Of a stretch of 64,000 nucleotides of DNA, positions 1-12,234 are shown piece after piece (position 1 is the first letter of the stretch; each line of letters starts with the position of its first letter). The notes below the pieces were generated by a model. The model worked only from the letters and a program-made list of their open reading frames with translations, was not told the origin of the DNA and searched no databases. Both the position numbers and the translations under genes were made by a program. Source of the DNA: Vicugna vicugna (lineage: Eukaryota); contig MU057887.1 of NCBI GenBank assembly GCA_013265495.1, forward strand, positions 1,955,576-2,019,575, read 5' to 3'.

Positions 1-200
1 TTGCCTTTTGTTCTTTCTTTTTTCCTTTTCTCCTACCAGATTTTTGGCGTCTTTATCTTTTGAAGAGGGCGATGATCTGTTGGAGTTCCGCAGGTGCTCT
101 GGTTGGCTGAGTGGGTCTGTAGATGTGGGTCTTGGTGTATTTGTGGGAGAGGGTGACTTACAAGCGTCCTTCTACTCCGCCATCTTGCCCGGAAGTCCCC
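1..200 (-). mobile_element. 5' end (5' UTR/promoter) of a young LINE-1 that continues left out of the window
   Basis: Reverse complement starts GGGGACTTCCGGGCAAGATGGCGGAGTAGAAGGACG, with the CAAGATGGCGG YY1 motif typical of L1 5' termini (plus strand ccgccatcttg, 177-187). Confidence 0.75.
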
Positions 201-204
201 AGGA

Positions 205-870
205 CCTTTAATTTTTATGTGGTCAGATTCATCCAATTCTCCCTTTATGATGATTGCATTTTGGATGCTGTTCAAAAATCCTTCCCCACCTGAAGGTCAT
301 GAGGAGGCTTTTTCATACCATCATTTGAGAGCTTTACTGAGTGTTGTGACTACCCTGCTGGGACCTTGTCTGTGTGGAGTCCACATGCCATGGGCGGAGG
401 AGAAGTCAGGTTTCACTGCTTCCGTCTGGATGACCAGTCGTCCCAGAACTGTTTCTCTCCTTCAGTGCCCTCAGACCCACCTTTGCTCTAAATCAAGCGT
501 CCGGTGCCCGCGGCCTGTTTCTGCACTGGTCACAGGAGCCTCACAGTCAGTCCTGGCATCTGGTAGAGCAAACACGCTTGTGTTTCGTCAGCGCTGTCTG
601 GACTGTTCGCGCCCACTGCGTCTCCACGTTCGCTCTAGAACCAGCGCCGAGACCCACAGGCCGGCTGCCGGGGCTTTGGGCCGGCGTTGCAGACCGTCTG
701 TGCGCGGCGCCCGTGGGCGTCTGCGTGAGGTTGTCTCCACCGGTCGATGCGAAGTGTGTTTTCTCCATTCTACCAGCTTCCTTTAAATGTCTCGATAATG
801 TCTGATAGTTTCCTGAATAAGGACTTTTCTCATCTTTGTGAGATGTCTTCCTTCTTCCTGTTTTTAGATG
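205..870 (-). mobile_element. Old, degraded L1 ORF2 fragment
   Basis: Antisense ORF2-like tracts such as tttaatttttatgtggtcagattc...aaatccttccccacc; T-rich plus strand. Confidence 0.5.
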
Positions 871-879
871 CTGTTGTGA

Positions 880-1685
880 ATTTATCCCCCCCGCGCTTCC
901 CTCATGGAGGTATGATTTGCGTACAGTGAATCACGCCGAGTTTGGAGGACGGCGCAGTGAGTCCTGACACGTGCACACACTCGAGGCAACGAGACCTCAG
1001 TCAGGAAGGCTCCCGGGTGCCTCTCTCCGGGCAGGGGTCCCGTCCGTCCTGCTGAGGCGACCGCCGTCTGGCTTTCTGTCACTGCGGGTTGGATCTGCCT
1101 GGCTGAGAACGGCGTGCAAGCGGAATCAGACTGCGTTTGCCCGTCGGCGCCCGGCGTCTCCCCTTCGACGCCCGTGGGGCTTGCGCGTGTTGCCCGCGTG
1201 TCCGCGTGTCCCGGCCGCTCCTCGCGCAGCGGTCCACCTGATGAGCTCGCCGCCGAAGGCGCTGCCCCTGCTGCCGGCTATGTGGTTGCCTTCAGCTTTT
1301 GGCGGTTGCGAACAAAGCCGCTGCCAGCGTTCCGGCGGGAGTCCCCGTGTGGGTGGGCCTTCCCTTTTCCTGGGTGAACACCTGGACGTGAGATACCTGG
1401 TTTGTAGGTGGGGTGTGTTTAGCTTTAGGAGAAAATACAGAAACGTTTCCAAAGCGCTTGCACCGTTTCACACGTCCGCCAGCCGCTGCCCGCGGGCCCC
1501 GGTGGCCCTCGCCCTCGCACGGCGTTGTCTGCCTCTTAAACCCCACCCTTCCCGAGCGAGCGGGAGGCATGCCTCGCTGGGACTTTAACGTGCGTTTCCC
1601 TGATGGCTAATGATGCCGAGCATCTTTCACAAGCTTGTCAGCTTTTCCTGTATCTTCTTTTGCGTTGGGTCCGGTCAAGTCTTTC
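880..1685 (-). mobile_element. Old L1 (L1MB/MC-type) 3' UTR plus ORF2 end, strongly GC-shifted
   Basis: Colinear with the antisense L1 3' end: ggttgccttcagcttttggcggttgcgaacaaagccgctg, tttccaaagcgcttgcaccgtttcacacgtccgccagc, gcgtttccctgatggctaatgatgccgagcatcttt. Confidence 0.7.
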
Positions 1686-1689
1686 ATTC

Positions 1690-4600
1690 TTTTTGAAAGC
1701 AACTTTGTAAGGTTACATTGTACATGCAGAAAATTACAGTCACGTTAAGTGTGCAGCGAGGCGAAGTCTTGACAAATGTACGCCTGGGTGTGCTGCCACC
1801 CCAGTCAAGGCAGAGGCTGTTTCCATCACCCCAAGTCCCCTCGCCGCTTTGCCCAGAGCCAATGACCACGCTGACCTCCAGCCCCAAGCCGCCTCTGAGC
1901 GCCTTTTCATCACTGGAGAGCACTTCTGTTTGTTCCAGAATTTGATGTAAATGCGGTCATACAGTAGGCATTGTTCAGTGTCCGGGTTTTTTCATTTAGC
2001 GTGACGGGTTTAGATTCACCGTGTTGCTGCGTGTATGGGGTCGTTTGGGCTGCGTTCAGTCTTTGGCTCTTATGAATTAAGCTGTTATGAGCATTGATGT
2101 ACAGATCTCAGCAAATGTTTTTGTTTATCTTAGGTAAGCGCTAGGGAGTAAGTTGTCCAAGTCACAGGGTAGGTACAGGATTAGCTGCCTAAGGTGTCTC
2201 AAAGCGATGGCAGCCCTGAAGGCCACCCCCACGTTCTGTGAGGGTCCCCATCACTCCATGCTCTCTCCGTGTGATATTACACTCCTTCTGCCGCGCCAGG
2301 TGTGTTGTATCTGGCTGTGGCTTTAATCTGCTTCTCTCTGATGACGAGTGGCGTTAAATGTTTGTTCACGTTCGCATTGACTATTTTTTTCTCCTTTTAT
2401 GAGAGGTCTTTCCAACTCTTTCTTCCGCTTTTACTTGTCTTCTGATAATTGAGTTGTAGGAGCTCTTCGTATGTCCTGGGTGCCAGTTCCTTGTTAAGAT
2501 AGACGGTTGCAGACACCACGGGACAATCTGAGACTGGCCTTTTCATTTTCCCTCTGATGTTTTCGGAGAGCAGAAGTTTCAAATTTTATGAAGTCCAGTT
2601 TATCAACAGCTCCTTTGATGTTTGTGCTTTCTGTGTCATAGCTAAGAAATCTTTGCTATCTCAGGGCTGCAAAGATCTTTTCTCAAAACTTTTATAGTCT
2701 TAGCACTTACGTGTGACTCTCTGATTCATTTCCGTTAATCATATCAGATCCAAGCCCATCGTCTATGAATAAAAACATTTTGCTCCTTTTTTTCCCATCG
2801 GATGCTTTTTATTTCTATTCCTTGCTCGTGGCCCTGGCTGGGACCTCCGCTAGAGTGCTGAGCAGAGATGATGAAAGAAGAGTGGCCTGCACTGTGCCCT
2901 GTTCCCCGTTTTCGGGGAGAAAGTTGGGTTTTCATTGTTAAAGATTTTGTTAGCTGCTGTTTCTGGTGGGTGCTTTTATTATTTTGAAGAAGCTCCTTTC
3001 TATTCCTAGTTTGTGGAGAATTGTTAACACAGGTGGACATTAAATTGCATTAGATGCGTTTGCTCTGTTGAGAAAAGCACGTTGGTTTTCTCCTTTATTC
3101 TGTTAGGATGACGGTTCCTTACATGTTACTTTGAATGTGGAAGCAAACTTGCGTTTCTGGAATACACCGCCTTTTACACTTTGGTGGATTTGATTTCTAA
3201 GAGTCTGTGAAAGGTTTTGCAGATATGTATGTGGGAAATACTGATGATAATTTCCTTGTCTTGTCATGTCTTTATTGGGCTTTGGTGGCTGGTGATGCTG
3301 GCTTTATAAAATAAATCGTGAGCTTTGCCCTGTTCCTCCATTTTCCAAAAGTAATTGTGTAGAATTGGTTTTACTTTTTTCTAACGTGTTGTACAGCCTG
3401 TCCGTGAAAACGTCTGGGCCTGGAGTTACTTTTGTTGACAAGTTTTTGTGAGTTTAATTTCTTTAATAGTCAGAGGGCTATTCAGATTTTCCATTTCTTT
3501 CTGAGTCAGTTTTGGTAATTTGAGTCTTTCAACGAATTTGTCTAGTTCATACAAGTAGTTGAATTTGTCGGCATACGTTTTTTTCATAACGTTTTTATAT
3601 TACCCCTTTGATGATGCGAGGTCTGCAATTATGTTGCATCTTTTATTCCTGATGGCAGACCTCTGTCCTGTCTTACAGTCTGCATCAGATACACTAGGTG
3701 TTTATCAGATTAGTCAGTTTTTCATAAGAACCATAGTTTGATTTTATCGATCTTCTCTTTGCCTCTTTTCCACTTAATTTCTGCAGTTAACTTGACGATT
3801 TCTTTCCTTCTAATGACTTTGCATCTTCCATACTCGTTCTCCAGCTTCTTAAGGTCGAAAATAGGGTTATCGATCTTAGATGTTTCTGGTTTTCCAATGA
3901 AAACATTTAAAGCTCTTAATTCTCTTTTATTTGCTACATTGGCGGCAGATCACAAAGGCTGGTGATTTCCTTTTTACTTTTTTGGCCTAAATTATTTTCT
4001 GGCTTCCCTTGCGATTTCTCCTTTGCCCCGTGCGTTGTTTGGTTGTATATCATTTAATTTTCAAATGTTTGGGGGTTTTTCAAAATATCTTTTTCTGTTA
4101 TTGGTTTCTAATTTAATTCTGCTTTTATAAGATTTCTGTTACAGTATAATTTCAACATTTTAAAAAGTGAAGTATAGTCAGTTACAACGTGTCCTTTCCT
4201 GGTGCGCAATGTCCCAGTCATGCATATATATACATATTCAATATATATATATATTCGTTTTCATATTCTTTTTCATTACAACGTGTCCTTTCCTGGTGCG
4301 CAATGTCCCAGTCATGCATATATATACATATTCAATATATATATATATTCGTTTTCATATTCTTTTTCATTAAAGGTTATTATAAGATAGTGAATATAGT
4401 TCCCTGTGCTCTACAGAAGAAATTTGTTTTTTTATCTATTTTTATATATAGTGGTTAACTTTTGCAAATCTCAAACTCCCTAATTTATCCCTTCCCACCC
4501 TCTTTCCCCTGGGAACCATAAGAGTGTTTACTATGTCCGCAAGTCTGTTTCTGTTTCATAGATATTTTTTAAACATTTGAGATTAACTTTGTGGTCCAGC

Positions 4601-5750
4601 ACATAGTGTATCTGTGGTGCATGTTTTATGTGTATTTGAACAGAGTGTTGCCCCTGGGTGGAGTGCTATGTAAGCGTCACTAGTCTGGTAGGTTGATAAC
4701 ATTAAGTATTTCCTTAAACTCACTGGTGGCCTGTCCATACGCTCTGTTAGTTACTGGGAGGCAAGTGTTGAAATTTGACCTTCACTTTTACAGGCTTCTC
4801 TGGCTGGATATGGGATTTCAGGTTGACAGTGTTTTCTTTCAGTGCTTTAGAGACGGCATTCCGTGCCTTCTGACTTGTGTGGTTTCAGAGGCTGCGTCTG
4901 CTGCCTGAAGGTCTTCTCCCCCAACTCTGGCTGCTTTTAAGATTTTTTTCTTTATCACTGGCTTTCAGCAATTTTGGTTTAGTTTAGTTGTGACTTTGTG
5001 TGGTTTCCTTTTCTTCCTTACTTTAAAAATTTTTTTATCTTGAGCTGTTTGCATTTGCAGATTTAGAGTTGTCATCAAATTTGGAAAAATTAAAAACGTA
5101 GTTCTTGAAGCAGTCTCTTCCCCTGTCTGTGTCACGTTTCCAGCTGTGTGATAGCATCCCATCGGTTATGGAAGCTCCATTCAGGGCGACTTGCTCTTTG
5201 AATCCTTTCCCCCTCCTGCTTCATACTGTGTAGTTTCTTTTGCTGTGGTTTTGAATTGATTAGCCGTCTGCTCTCCAGTGGGTCCTGTGCTGCCAGCCCC
5301 ACCTCATGAAATCTTCCTTTGAGAAACTGTACTTGCTGATTCTAGATACTTGCTGCTGGCTCTTTGGCTCTTTTCCATTTTTTTCAGTGTTCATGCTGTC
5401 CTTTAAATAGCTGAGCAAATTTAAACACTTACATTAGCTGTCTTTAAGTCCTTGTCTGAGTGATGGATGTTTCTCTATGAACTTTTTTTTTTTGAATGTT
5501 TAGAGTTTGCAGGTTTTAATTGGATGCCAGGCTGTTCAAAGTCTATGCTGTTGACGTTTCTGTGTTGATGTTCGCTGCTTCGACAGGCACTCAGATCACT
5601 TGTAGATCAAGGTGATCTCTTGAAGGCTGTGTTTGAGCTTTGTTGGTGGAGTCTAGAGTAGCCCCTGCCAGGGAACTTTCAGCCCGAGTACCAGTGCTCT
5701 GCCATGGGGCCCCTTGTAAGGTCTTCATAGAACACTACGTTTTAACAAAG
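1690..5750 (-). mobile_element. Old L1 (L1MB/MC-type): 3' UTR, ORF2 and ORF1 remnants with deletions, interrupted at ~4165-4563
   Basis: 3' UTR hallmarks (gtttccatcacccca, gttccagaatttgatgtaaatgcggtcatacagta) followed by antisense ORF2 (tctgggcctggagttacttttg, tttcaacgaatttgtctagttc). Confidence 0.75.
4165..4563 (-). mobile_element. Younger artiodactyl/camelid-type L1 3' end with an internal 94-bp tandem duplication
   Basis: tgaagtatagtcagttacaa...aatatagttccctgtgct...accataagagtgtttactatgtc, matching the other L1 tails in the window. Confidence 0.8.
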
Positions 5751-5765
5751 TCTTTCTACTCATGA

Positions 5766-5870
5766 TTTCCTTCCTTCTTTTCTCAAACGGAGGCACTAGA
5801 GATCGAACCCAGGACCTTGTGCCTGCCAAGCTCACGCTCTACCACTGAGCTACTCCCCCCACCCTCCCCA
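5766..5870 (-). mobile_element. tRNA-derived SINE, Vic-1-like (camelid)
   Basis: Reverse complement GTAGCTCAGTGGTAGAGCG...GGTCCTGGGTTCGATCTCTAGTGCCTCC (A and B boxes); degenerate TSD ctttctactcatga (5752-5765) / ctttctgctcttga (5874-5887). Confidence 0.8.
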
Positions 5871-6393
5871 GGACTTTCTGCTCTTGAAGGATGAATTAAA
5901 ATGTCTTCCATCCCTGAGTGAGGTCTGGGAGCGTCTCCGTGATGACTGTCCCAGCAGCCTGGCTTTGTGCTGCTTTGCGACATGCACGCAGAGACTAGCA
6001 CCCAGCCAGTCTCCTCCAGGAGATGCTTACGAAGGTTTCTAGAGTTCGTTCTCTGATAATCTGCCTTGCGCATTCCAGTGCTGAGCTCCCCGACCTGCCC
6101 CCAGCTCTCCCCTCCCTTTGTCAGGACATCTGCGCTGTGCCCCAGGAAAGCCAGGGCGACCGCAGGACTTCACCATGCTCGTTGTCCTATCTCAGGGACC
6201 CCTGTCCTGCACGGCCTTTTGCTCCAACATATGAAATAGTTGTTTTATGTATTTTGAGCAGTTTTCAAGTTGTTTAAGGTGAGAAGGGAAATTCTGCATC
6301 AATTCTCTCTCCTGCCCAGTGAGGAAGTTTCTTTGGCTGATCACAATTTTTTCTCTTTATTTTTTCCATCAGTTTGATTATGAAGTGTCCAAA

Positions 6394-6416
6394 TGTGTGT
6401 GTGTGTGTGTGTGTGT
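6394..6416. repeat. (GT)n microsatellite
   Basis: Direct read. Confidence 0.95.
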
Positions 6417-6482
6417 TTATCTTGACTGGAATTTGTTGAGACTCTTGCAGCTGTAGGCTGATTCTGGTCACATTTAGAAATC

Positions 6483-6625
6483 TTATTTATTTGTTTTTGT
6501 TATAGTTGGTTTACAATGTTGTGCTAGTTTCAGGTGTACAGCACAGTGATTCAGTTGTACATACACATACATACTCTTTCAGACTCTTTTCCATTATAGG
6601 TTATTACAAGATGTTGAATATAGTA
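6483..6625 (-). mobile_element. Short artiodactyl-type L1 3' end
   Basis: tatagttggtttacaatgttgtgctagtttcaggtgtacagcacagtgattcag...ttattacaagatgttgaatatag. Confidence 0.8.
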
Positions 6626-7199
6626 GAAAACAGAAAACTTCCCAGCAACACTTCTTCAGTTCTGTTTTAAACCCCTCGTCACCTTGCCTTTGTTTTTCAG
6701 GGACTCCACTTCCACATTGGTTCTTTCTCTTTCAGGTACTTTTCACCCTCATTTTCCAGACGCTCTGACACCTAACATCTAACATGTTTATTTTCTTTTC
6801 TGAAATATTTTATTCACGACTCACTAAGACGCTGTTGAACACCGTCTCCTGCGTGCTGCCCCTCCCGGAAGAGCCTGGTAAGTAGGTCTCACCCAGCGGG
6901 ACTGTCTTCTTCGCCACCCAGTTTCTGTTTAAAGTTTTTGCTCTCCTGTGACTTCAAAAATTTGCTTTTTATGTTTTGCTCAGAGTTTATAATTGTTATC
7001 AGCAAGATGATTAGTTTGAAATAGGCTTCTCCGCTACTATCAGAATCCGAAAAGCCCATGGGTGCTCTCTGTAAAAAATTGTTTTCTGGCATGTAGAAAT
7101 AAAATAGATTTTTAATATAAATTTATATATTCTGCTGCATTAGAAAAATTTTACATTAACTCAAATTACATGGCGAAAATGTCTTTGCATTGCCTTTAT

Positions 7200-8050
7200 A
7201 CTATAGCATCTGCAAATAGTAACATTTCAGTTTATTTTTTAATTTTCCCCCCAGTTCTCGCATGTTTTGTTTATTTTCCTTGACTTCATGCACCGTCCAG
7301 CCCTACTGTAAGATATTGGATGGAAATGTGTCTTCCCTACTCTCAAGAGAGATCTGAATTTTTCACCATGAAGAGCGATACTTTGTGTGGGATTTTTGGA
7401 AGACACATCTCAGATTAAGGACGTTTCATTCTATTTTTAAATTGATTCAATTATGTTTTTAAAATCATAATGAATATTAAATTTTTTAAACCACATTTTC
7501 TTTGTTTGGAGAGGATCATGATTTTCCTCCTTCAGCTGTCAGAGTGACAAATTACACTGATCAATTTTCTAACGTTGGAACTAATTTGCATTCTGGGGAT
7601 AAACAGATCAGGTCATTATGTGGCTGTTATCTTTCTTAGATAATTATTAACGCAGTATGCTAGCACTTCATTTAGAATGTTCCCATCTGCATTCATAACT
7701 GATGTCTGCCTTCTATGTTCTTCTCAACACCATCTTCGTCACGTCTGGAGCAGAAGCATGCCCGTCTAAGAGAACGCGTTGGGAAGGGCTCCTTTTTTTC
7801 CTCTTTTGTCTGAAAGAATTTGTATGTGTTGGGAATTCTTTCCTCATTCAATGTTTGGTAGAACTTCCCACTGAGTAAATCCTTGCTTAGCGGTTTCTTT
7901 GTGGGGAGGGTTTTTATATTACCGATACAATAATTTCATAGTTTATAAGACAATTTTGATTTTATTTCCTTCAGGCAGTTCTGGGATGCTGCGTTTCCCC
8001 AGAAATTAGTTATCTTCATCTAAATGGTCAAAAATTCTTAACACAAAGGC
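7200..8050 (-). mobile_element. Very old L1 (L1ME-like) ORF2 fragment
   Basis: aatgtttggtagaacttcccactgag, tttgcattctggggataaac and similar antisense ORF2 tracts. Confidence 0.6.
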
Positions 8051-8269
8051 AGATTCTGCCTGCAGATTCTATAGCTATCACCTTTAAAATTTCACATTGG
8101 TTTTAAAAAATATTTTATTCTATTTTTTATATTTTATTTTTTAGTGTGTATTGGTTTTATTTTACTTTATATTGTTCTACACTTTAATAAAAAAGAATGC
8201 AAAAAAGTAGTGTGAAATAAAAACATTTTCAGATAAAAAAAAAGAGACAGAGAAACTAAAGAAAAGAAC

Positions 8270-8418
8270 GCCAGCCCTGTGGGATGAGGACCCTACACTT
8301 GTGACCTCATTTACCCTGAATTACTTCCTAGAAGTTCTGTCTCCAGATGCAGCCATGTTGGAGTTACGGCTTCAACATGGATTGGGGGGGTGCTGGGGGG
8401 GAAATTCAGTCCATAGTG
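8270..8418 (-). mobile_element. MaLR LTR fragment (MLT1A/B-like 5' part)
   Basis: gtgacctcatttaccctgaattacttcc...ggcttcaacatg...aattcagtccatag. Confidence 0.7.
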
Positions 8419-8419
8419 A

Positions 8420-9170
8420 CCGTTTACATTTAATATGATTACTGACATTTTAAAATTAAGATTCTACTTCTACTATGTGCTAAGTCTTTGTTACACCTGT
8501 TCTAGGTCCTTTTTCTCATTTTCTTGCTTTCTTTTGGGCTGATTTGAGAGTTTTCCTTTTTTTTTTTTAAATCGTTCCACTTTTTCCTCTTTTAATTTAG
8601 AAATACGCCCTCTTTAATTTTAGCGATCACCTTAGAAATTACCACAGGCCTCATTGGCACATCAACTTCACTGCTAATGGATATTCACCCGCCTCCCGGG
8701 GCACTGCAAGAACTCTGGGACACTTTAACTCTTCCTTCTCCTCCTGCCATGCGTGCTGTGGTGCCGGCATCTCAGTTCTGTGTTTATAAACCCACAGGTG
8801 CTGCGTCGTTGGTCTGCACAGGGTGTGTTTAGACTGAGTCCCCTGTTTACTGCTCGGAAGACTTCCTCTTGTAGTTCGAGTTCTGCAGTTTCACTATGAA
8901 ATACCAGGTGTGTTTGTTCTCTACTTGCTCTGCCTGCAGTTGGTCTGGCTTCCAGCATGTGTCTGCTGACATCTCTCATCAGTTCCAGAGAACTCTCAGC
9001 GTTCATCTTCTCAGCCGTGGCCTCTGCCCCACACTGGCCCTTTTCTCCTGGAGCCCCGGCTGAACATGAGTTCGAGCTGACCTGGTTGTCACCTGTGTCT
9101 CTGACTGTCTGCTTGTCTCGGTCCACCTTTCTTCCCTCATCTTCCTTTTGGAAGGTTCCTGGGAGCCTGG
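8420..9170 (-). mobile_element. Old L1 ORF1/ORF2-start remnant
   Basis: cagtttcactatgaaataccaggtgtg, tctctcatcagttccagagaactctcagc. Confidence 0.5.
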
Positions 9171-10049
9171 AGGGGATCTGGGCCAAAAGCCAGAAAGAGT
9201 CCTAGATGCGAGTGTCAGGCAAGGAGCCGGGACGTGCGCAGGGCTAAGACCCAGCGGGGGCTGAGCCGAGAAGGGCCGGGACGAAGCTGCGGACAAAGGA
9301 TTGAGGGCCCCATCGCAACTCGGGACCAAATGGGTCTCCGGGGACAGAGATGCACCGGAACACTGATGACCGTTGTCGAAAAGCTGAGCTATTTTCTTTG
9401 AAATCAGGGCAAAGTTCAGAGCGCTTTGGCTTCATGGCCCTGGAGGAGCTGGCATGGAAAATTTCATGTAATAGTAGTAATAATAGTAATAATAATAAAA
9501 CCCTCTTAATGAAGGGCACAGTCTGTGACAGCCCACGGGGACCAGGATGGGGCTGGAGGCTGCATGGAGGACGGGATTCACAGACTTGAGACAATGCTGG
9601 GTGCACGGGGGACGTCTGAAAATGCAGACCGGCGAGCCAAAGTTCAGACGGCTTTGGGGCTGAGACGCTGTGTCTGACGCAGAGGATGAGAAGGGAGTCC
9701 ATCTGGGTGAGCGCTCGCCTCTGATTTGTGGCTGGGAAGCGCTTCCTAGAAGCTCTTCTTGATGACAGAAATATCCACTTCTCCAGTTTCCAGAAATCAG
9801 AACTCAGCCGGTGTCACGAAGGACAAGCACGCGGGGTGAGTGGCAGCCTCGGGAGCTTTTCCGCTGGAAACCCCGGCCCGCTGGGCTCACCCCCCACTGA
9901 GGGTTAAAAGCAGATCCACATGGTTTTGTGCATTTTTAATGAATGACTCCAATGAGGTTTTTTAAAAAATTTATTTTCTTCCTATTCGATCCCATTAGCC
10001 AAATAAACAGATGTATTTTTTCGACCAAGTATGATGTTAGCAGAGCTGG

Positions 10050-10265
10050 TGAAGCACCGTGGAGAGATGACGGAGACTTGGTTCAAATTCCAGCTCCTCC
10101 ACTTTCTGGCTGTGTGACCTCGGGCAAGTTTCTTAACCTCTCTTTGCCTCGTCTGTAAAAGGAGAGAAGAGGTTACTGCTCACAGATGTGCTGTGAGGGT
10201 TGAATGAGTAGCCCAGAGAAAGCTCTTAGGGGAGTTCGTGGCACATGGTAAACATTAGACAAGTG
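10050..10265 (+). mobile_element. MIR SINE
   Basis: ggttcaaattccagctcctccactttctggctgtgtgacctcgggcaagtttcttaacctctct...tggcacatggtaa. Confidence 0.85.
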
Positions 10266-10764
10266 ATAAGATTATATCACGTGTAATGTATGTGTGTACA
10301 TATATATGTCTGTTTTTGAGAAATGAGCTGTGGTCTCAGGGAAGCGGGGAGCTACCAGACAGAGGGCGTGACTTGGGACCAGGACCCCGTCCCCCCTGCC
10401 CCCCGATACCACTGCTGGCTGCCTTCAGAGTATCAGCGTCCCCCACTTTCTTATCAACAGAATCCTGACCCTGTTGGGGGTGGGAACGAGTCCAGCCCGA
10501 GAACAGCACCACGCACAACTCTATTTTCTTTTTCTTTTAATTTAAAAACTCTTTATTGTTAAAATATTTTTCTCTCTTTTTTAACTTTGTTTTTCACTTG
10601 ATTTTTTCATTTTTTTGGTTTCTTTCTCTTTCTTTCTTTTTTCCCAACAACTCTCTTTTCTGTCCTGCCCTGGGATTCAGGCCATGTGGCCCCAGTTCTC
10701 TCTGCTGAGATGCGAGAAGTTGCTGGAGGAGCGGCCGCTTGTGACTGGTGGACGCGCACACGGG

Positions 10765-11505
10765 AAGCGCATGGGTTCCCTGCGCTTCCTGTAACAACCT
10801 GAGGGGCGTGAAGGAACAGACGCGGATTCCCTCCCTGTGGCGGAGGCAGGAGTCTGAGGTCCAGGCGCCGGCGGGCAGAGGTCCCTCTGAGGGCTCCTGG
10901 GGGGGATCTGTCCCGGCTCTGTCTCTTAGCTTTCGCAGCTGCGTCTCTCAGCCTCTGCTCTGCCTTCACGTGGCTTCTCTCCGTGGGTCTGTGTCTTTCT
11001 TCTCTTCTCCTTTTTCTTTAATTGGAGTGTCATCAGTTGTGCACAGCGTCGTGTTCCAGTCACACACACGCACGTGTGTTTGCTTTCCTGTGCCTTTTCA
11101 TCAGAGGTTCCTGTAAGATACTGACTATAGTTCCCTGTGCTGGACAGTGGGACCTTGTTGTTCATCCGGTTTTGTGAAGATTTCTTGTACTTCCGATTGT
11201 AAGAGCTATTCTGCCAAGTTCAGCAGGTACACTAAGAGATTGGTTCCGTATGTAGATGCAGCTTCACCGTGTTCGTGGGAGGGGTGCGCACCGCGTCCTT
11301 CTGCTCCATCATCTCGCCAGCCTCCCTGTCTTCTCTTCCTGTGACGACGCTGGTCATCATGCCTTTGGGCCCGCGCTCCTCCAGGATGACCTCATCGTCA
11401 CTAAGAACACCTGCAATGGCCCCATTTCCGCACAAGGTCACGTGCTGGGGCATCGGCAGTTAGCACTTCAGCGTCTTCTGGGAGGACACGGCTCAGCTCA
11501 CAACA
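10765..11505 (-). mobile_element. MLT1 (B/C/D-like) LTR interrupted by an L1 3' fragment
   Basis: ggaggcaggagtctgaggtccagg...ccttcacgtggcttct, resuming as ccaggatgacctcatc...caaggtcac...cacaaca. Confidence 0.7.
11010..11325 (-). mobile_element. Artiodactyl-type L1 3' end nested in MLT1
   Basis: aagatactgactatagttccctgtgctggacagtgggaccttgttg; tcttctcttc on both flanks (10999, 11329) is a possible TSD. Confidence 0.65.
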
Positions 11506-12234
11506 CCGAGGGTGGTGGAGCGGAAAGGTAGAAGGAAGCAGGTCCCTGGTGGCATCAGAGGGCCACTCAACGAGCCCCAGACTGTGGACCTGTGGGTGTC
11601 CCTAGTCTCCAGCGCCTGCTCTCAGGGTCCCTGCAGGCAGTCAGAATTCCTGCCACGTGCAGCAGACATCTCACTGACGCCCTGCTCCTTGGGAAACGTG
11701 CCCCATCATCCTGCCTTCTAGGTGAAGCACCCGCGGTTTGGAGACCACAGCCACACGGCTGCCAGTGGCAGGGCTAGGTGTGAACATTGGTCTGTGATCC
11801 CAAAGCCTGAGTCCTCCCCATGAGCTGCCTGTCCCCGGGAGCCCCAGTCTCCTCCAGCCTTCTCCACGCTCCTTTGCTGGAATGATCATTGCCTCCCTGA
11901 GGCTTTGAGACGTTGAAAGACTATCTCCCAGTTGGTAGACACCTGCTGGGGTGTTTCGGGTCCTCTTTTCCAGGACCCTCGGCCAGCCTCTTGGTGGGGC
12001 TCCCAGCGGCCATGGTTCTACTTGGCCGTCTGGACGGAGCTGACTGGCCCAGGGATGGTCAACCAGCGTCGGCCCCCCAGGTCAGATCCTCTGGGGGCTT
12101 TGGGTTCCCAGGAAGAGACGTCATGTCCCAGTCGTCATAACAGAGTCACATCAGGTGAGGAGCCCGTGTAGTGACTTCCGAACTCCAGGGCTTATCCGGT
12201 CACTTAGGGACTTGGTTAAAACTTTCTAGGTGAG

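Noticed and set aside
5766..5870. tRNA-like sequence
   Set aside because: Has a tail and TSD and an imperfect cloverleaf, so it is a SINE and not a tRNA gene
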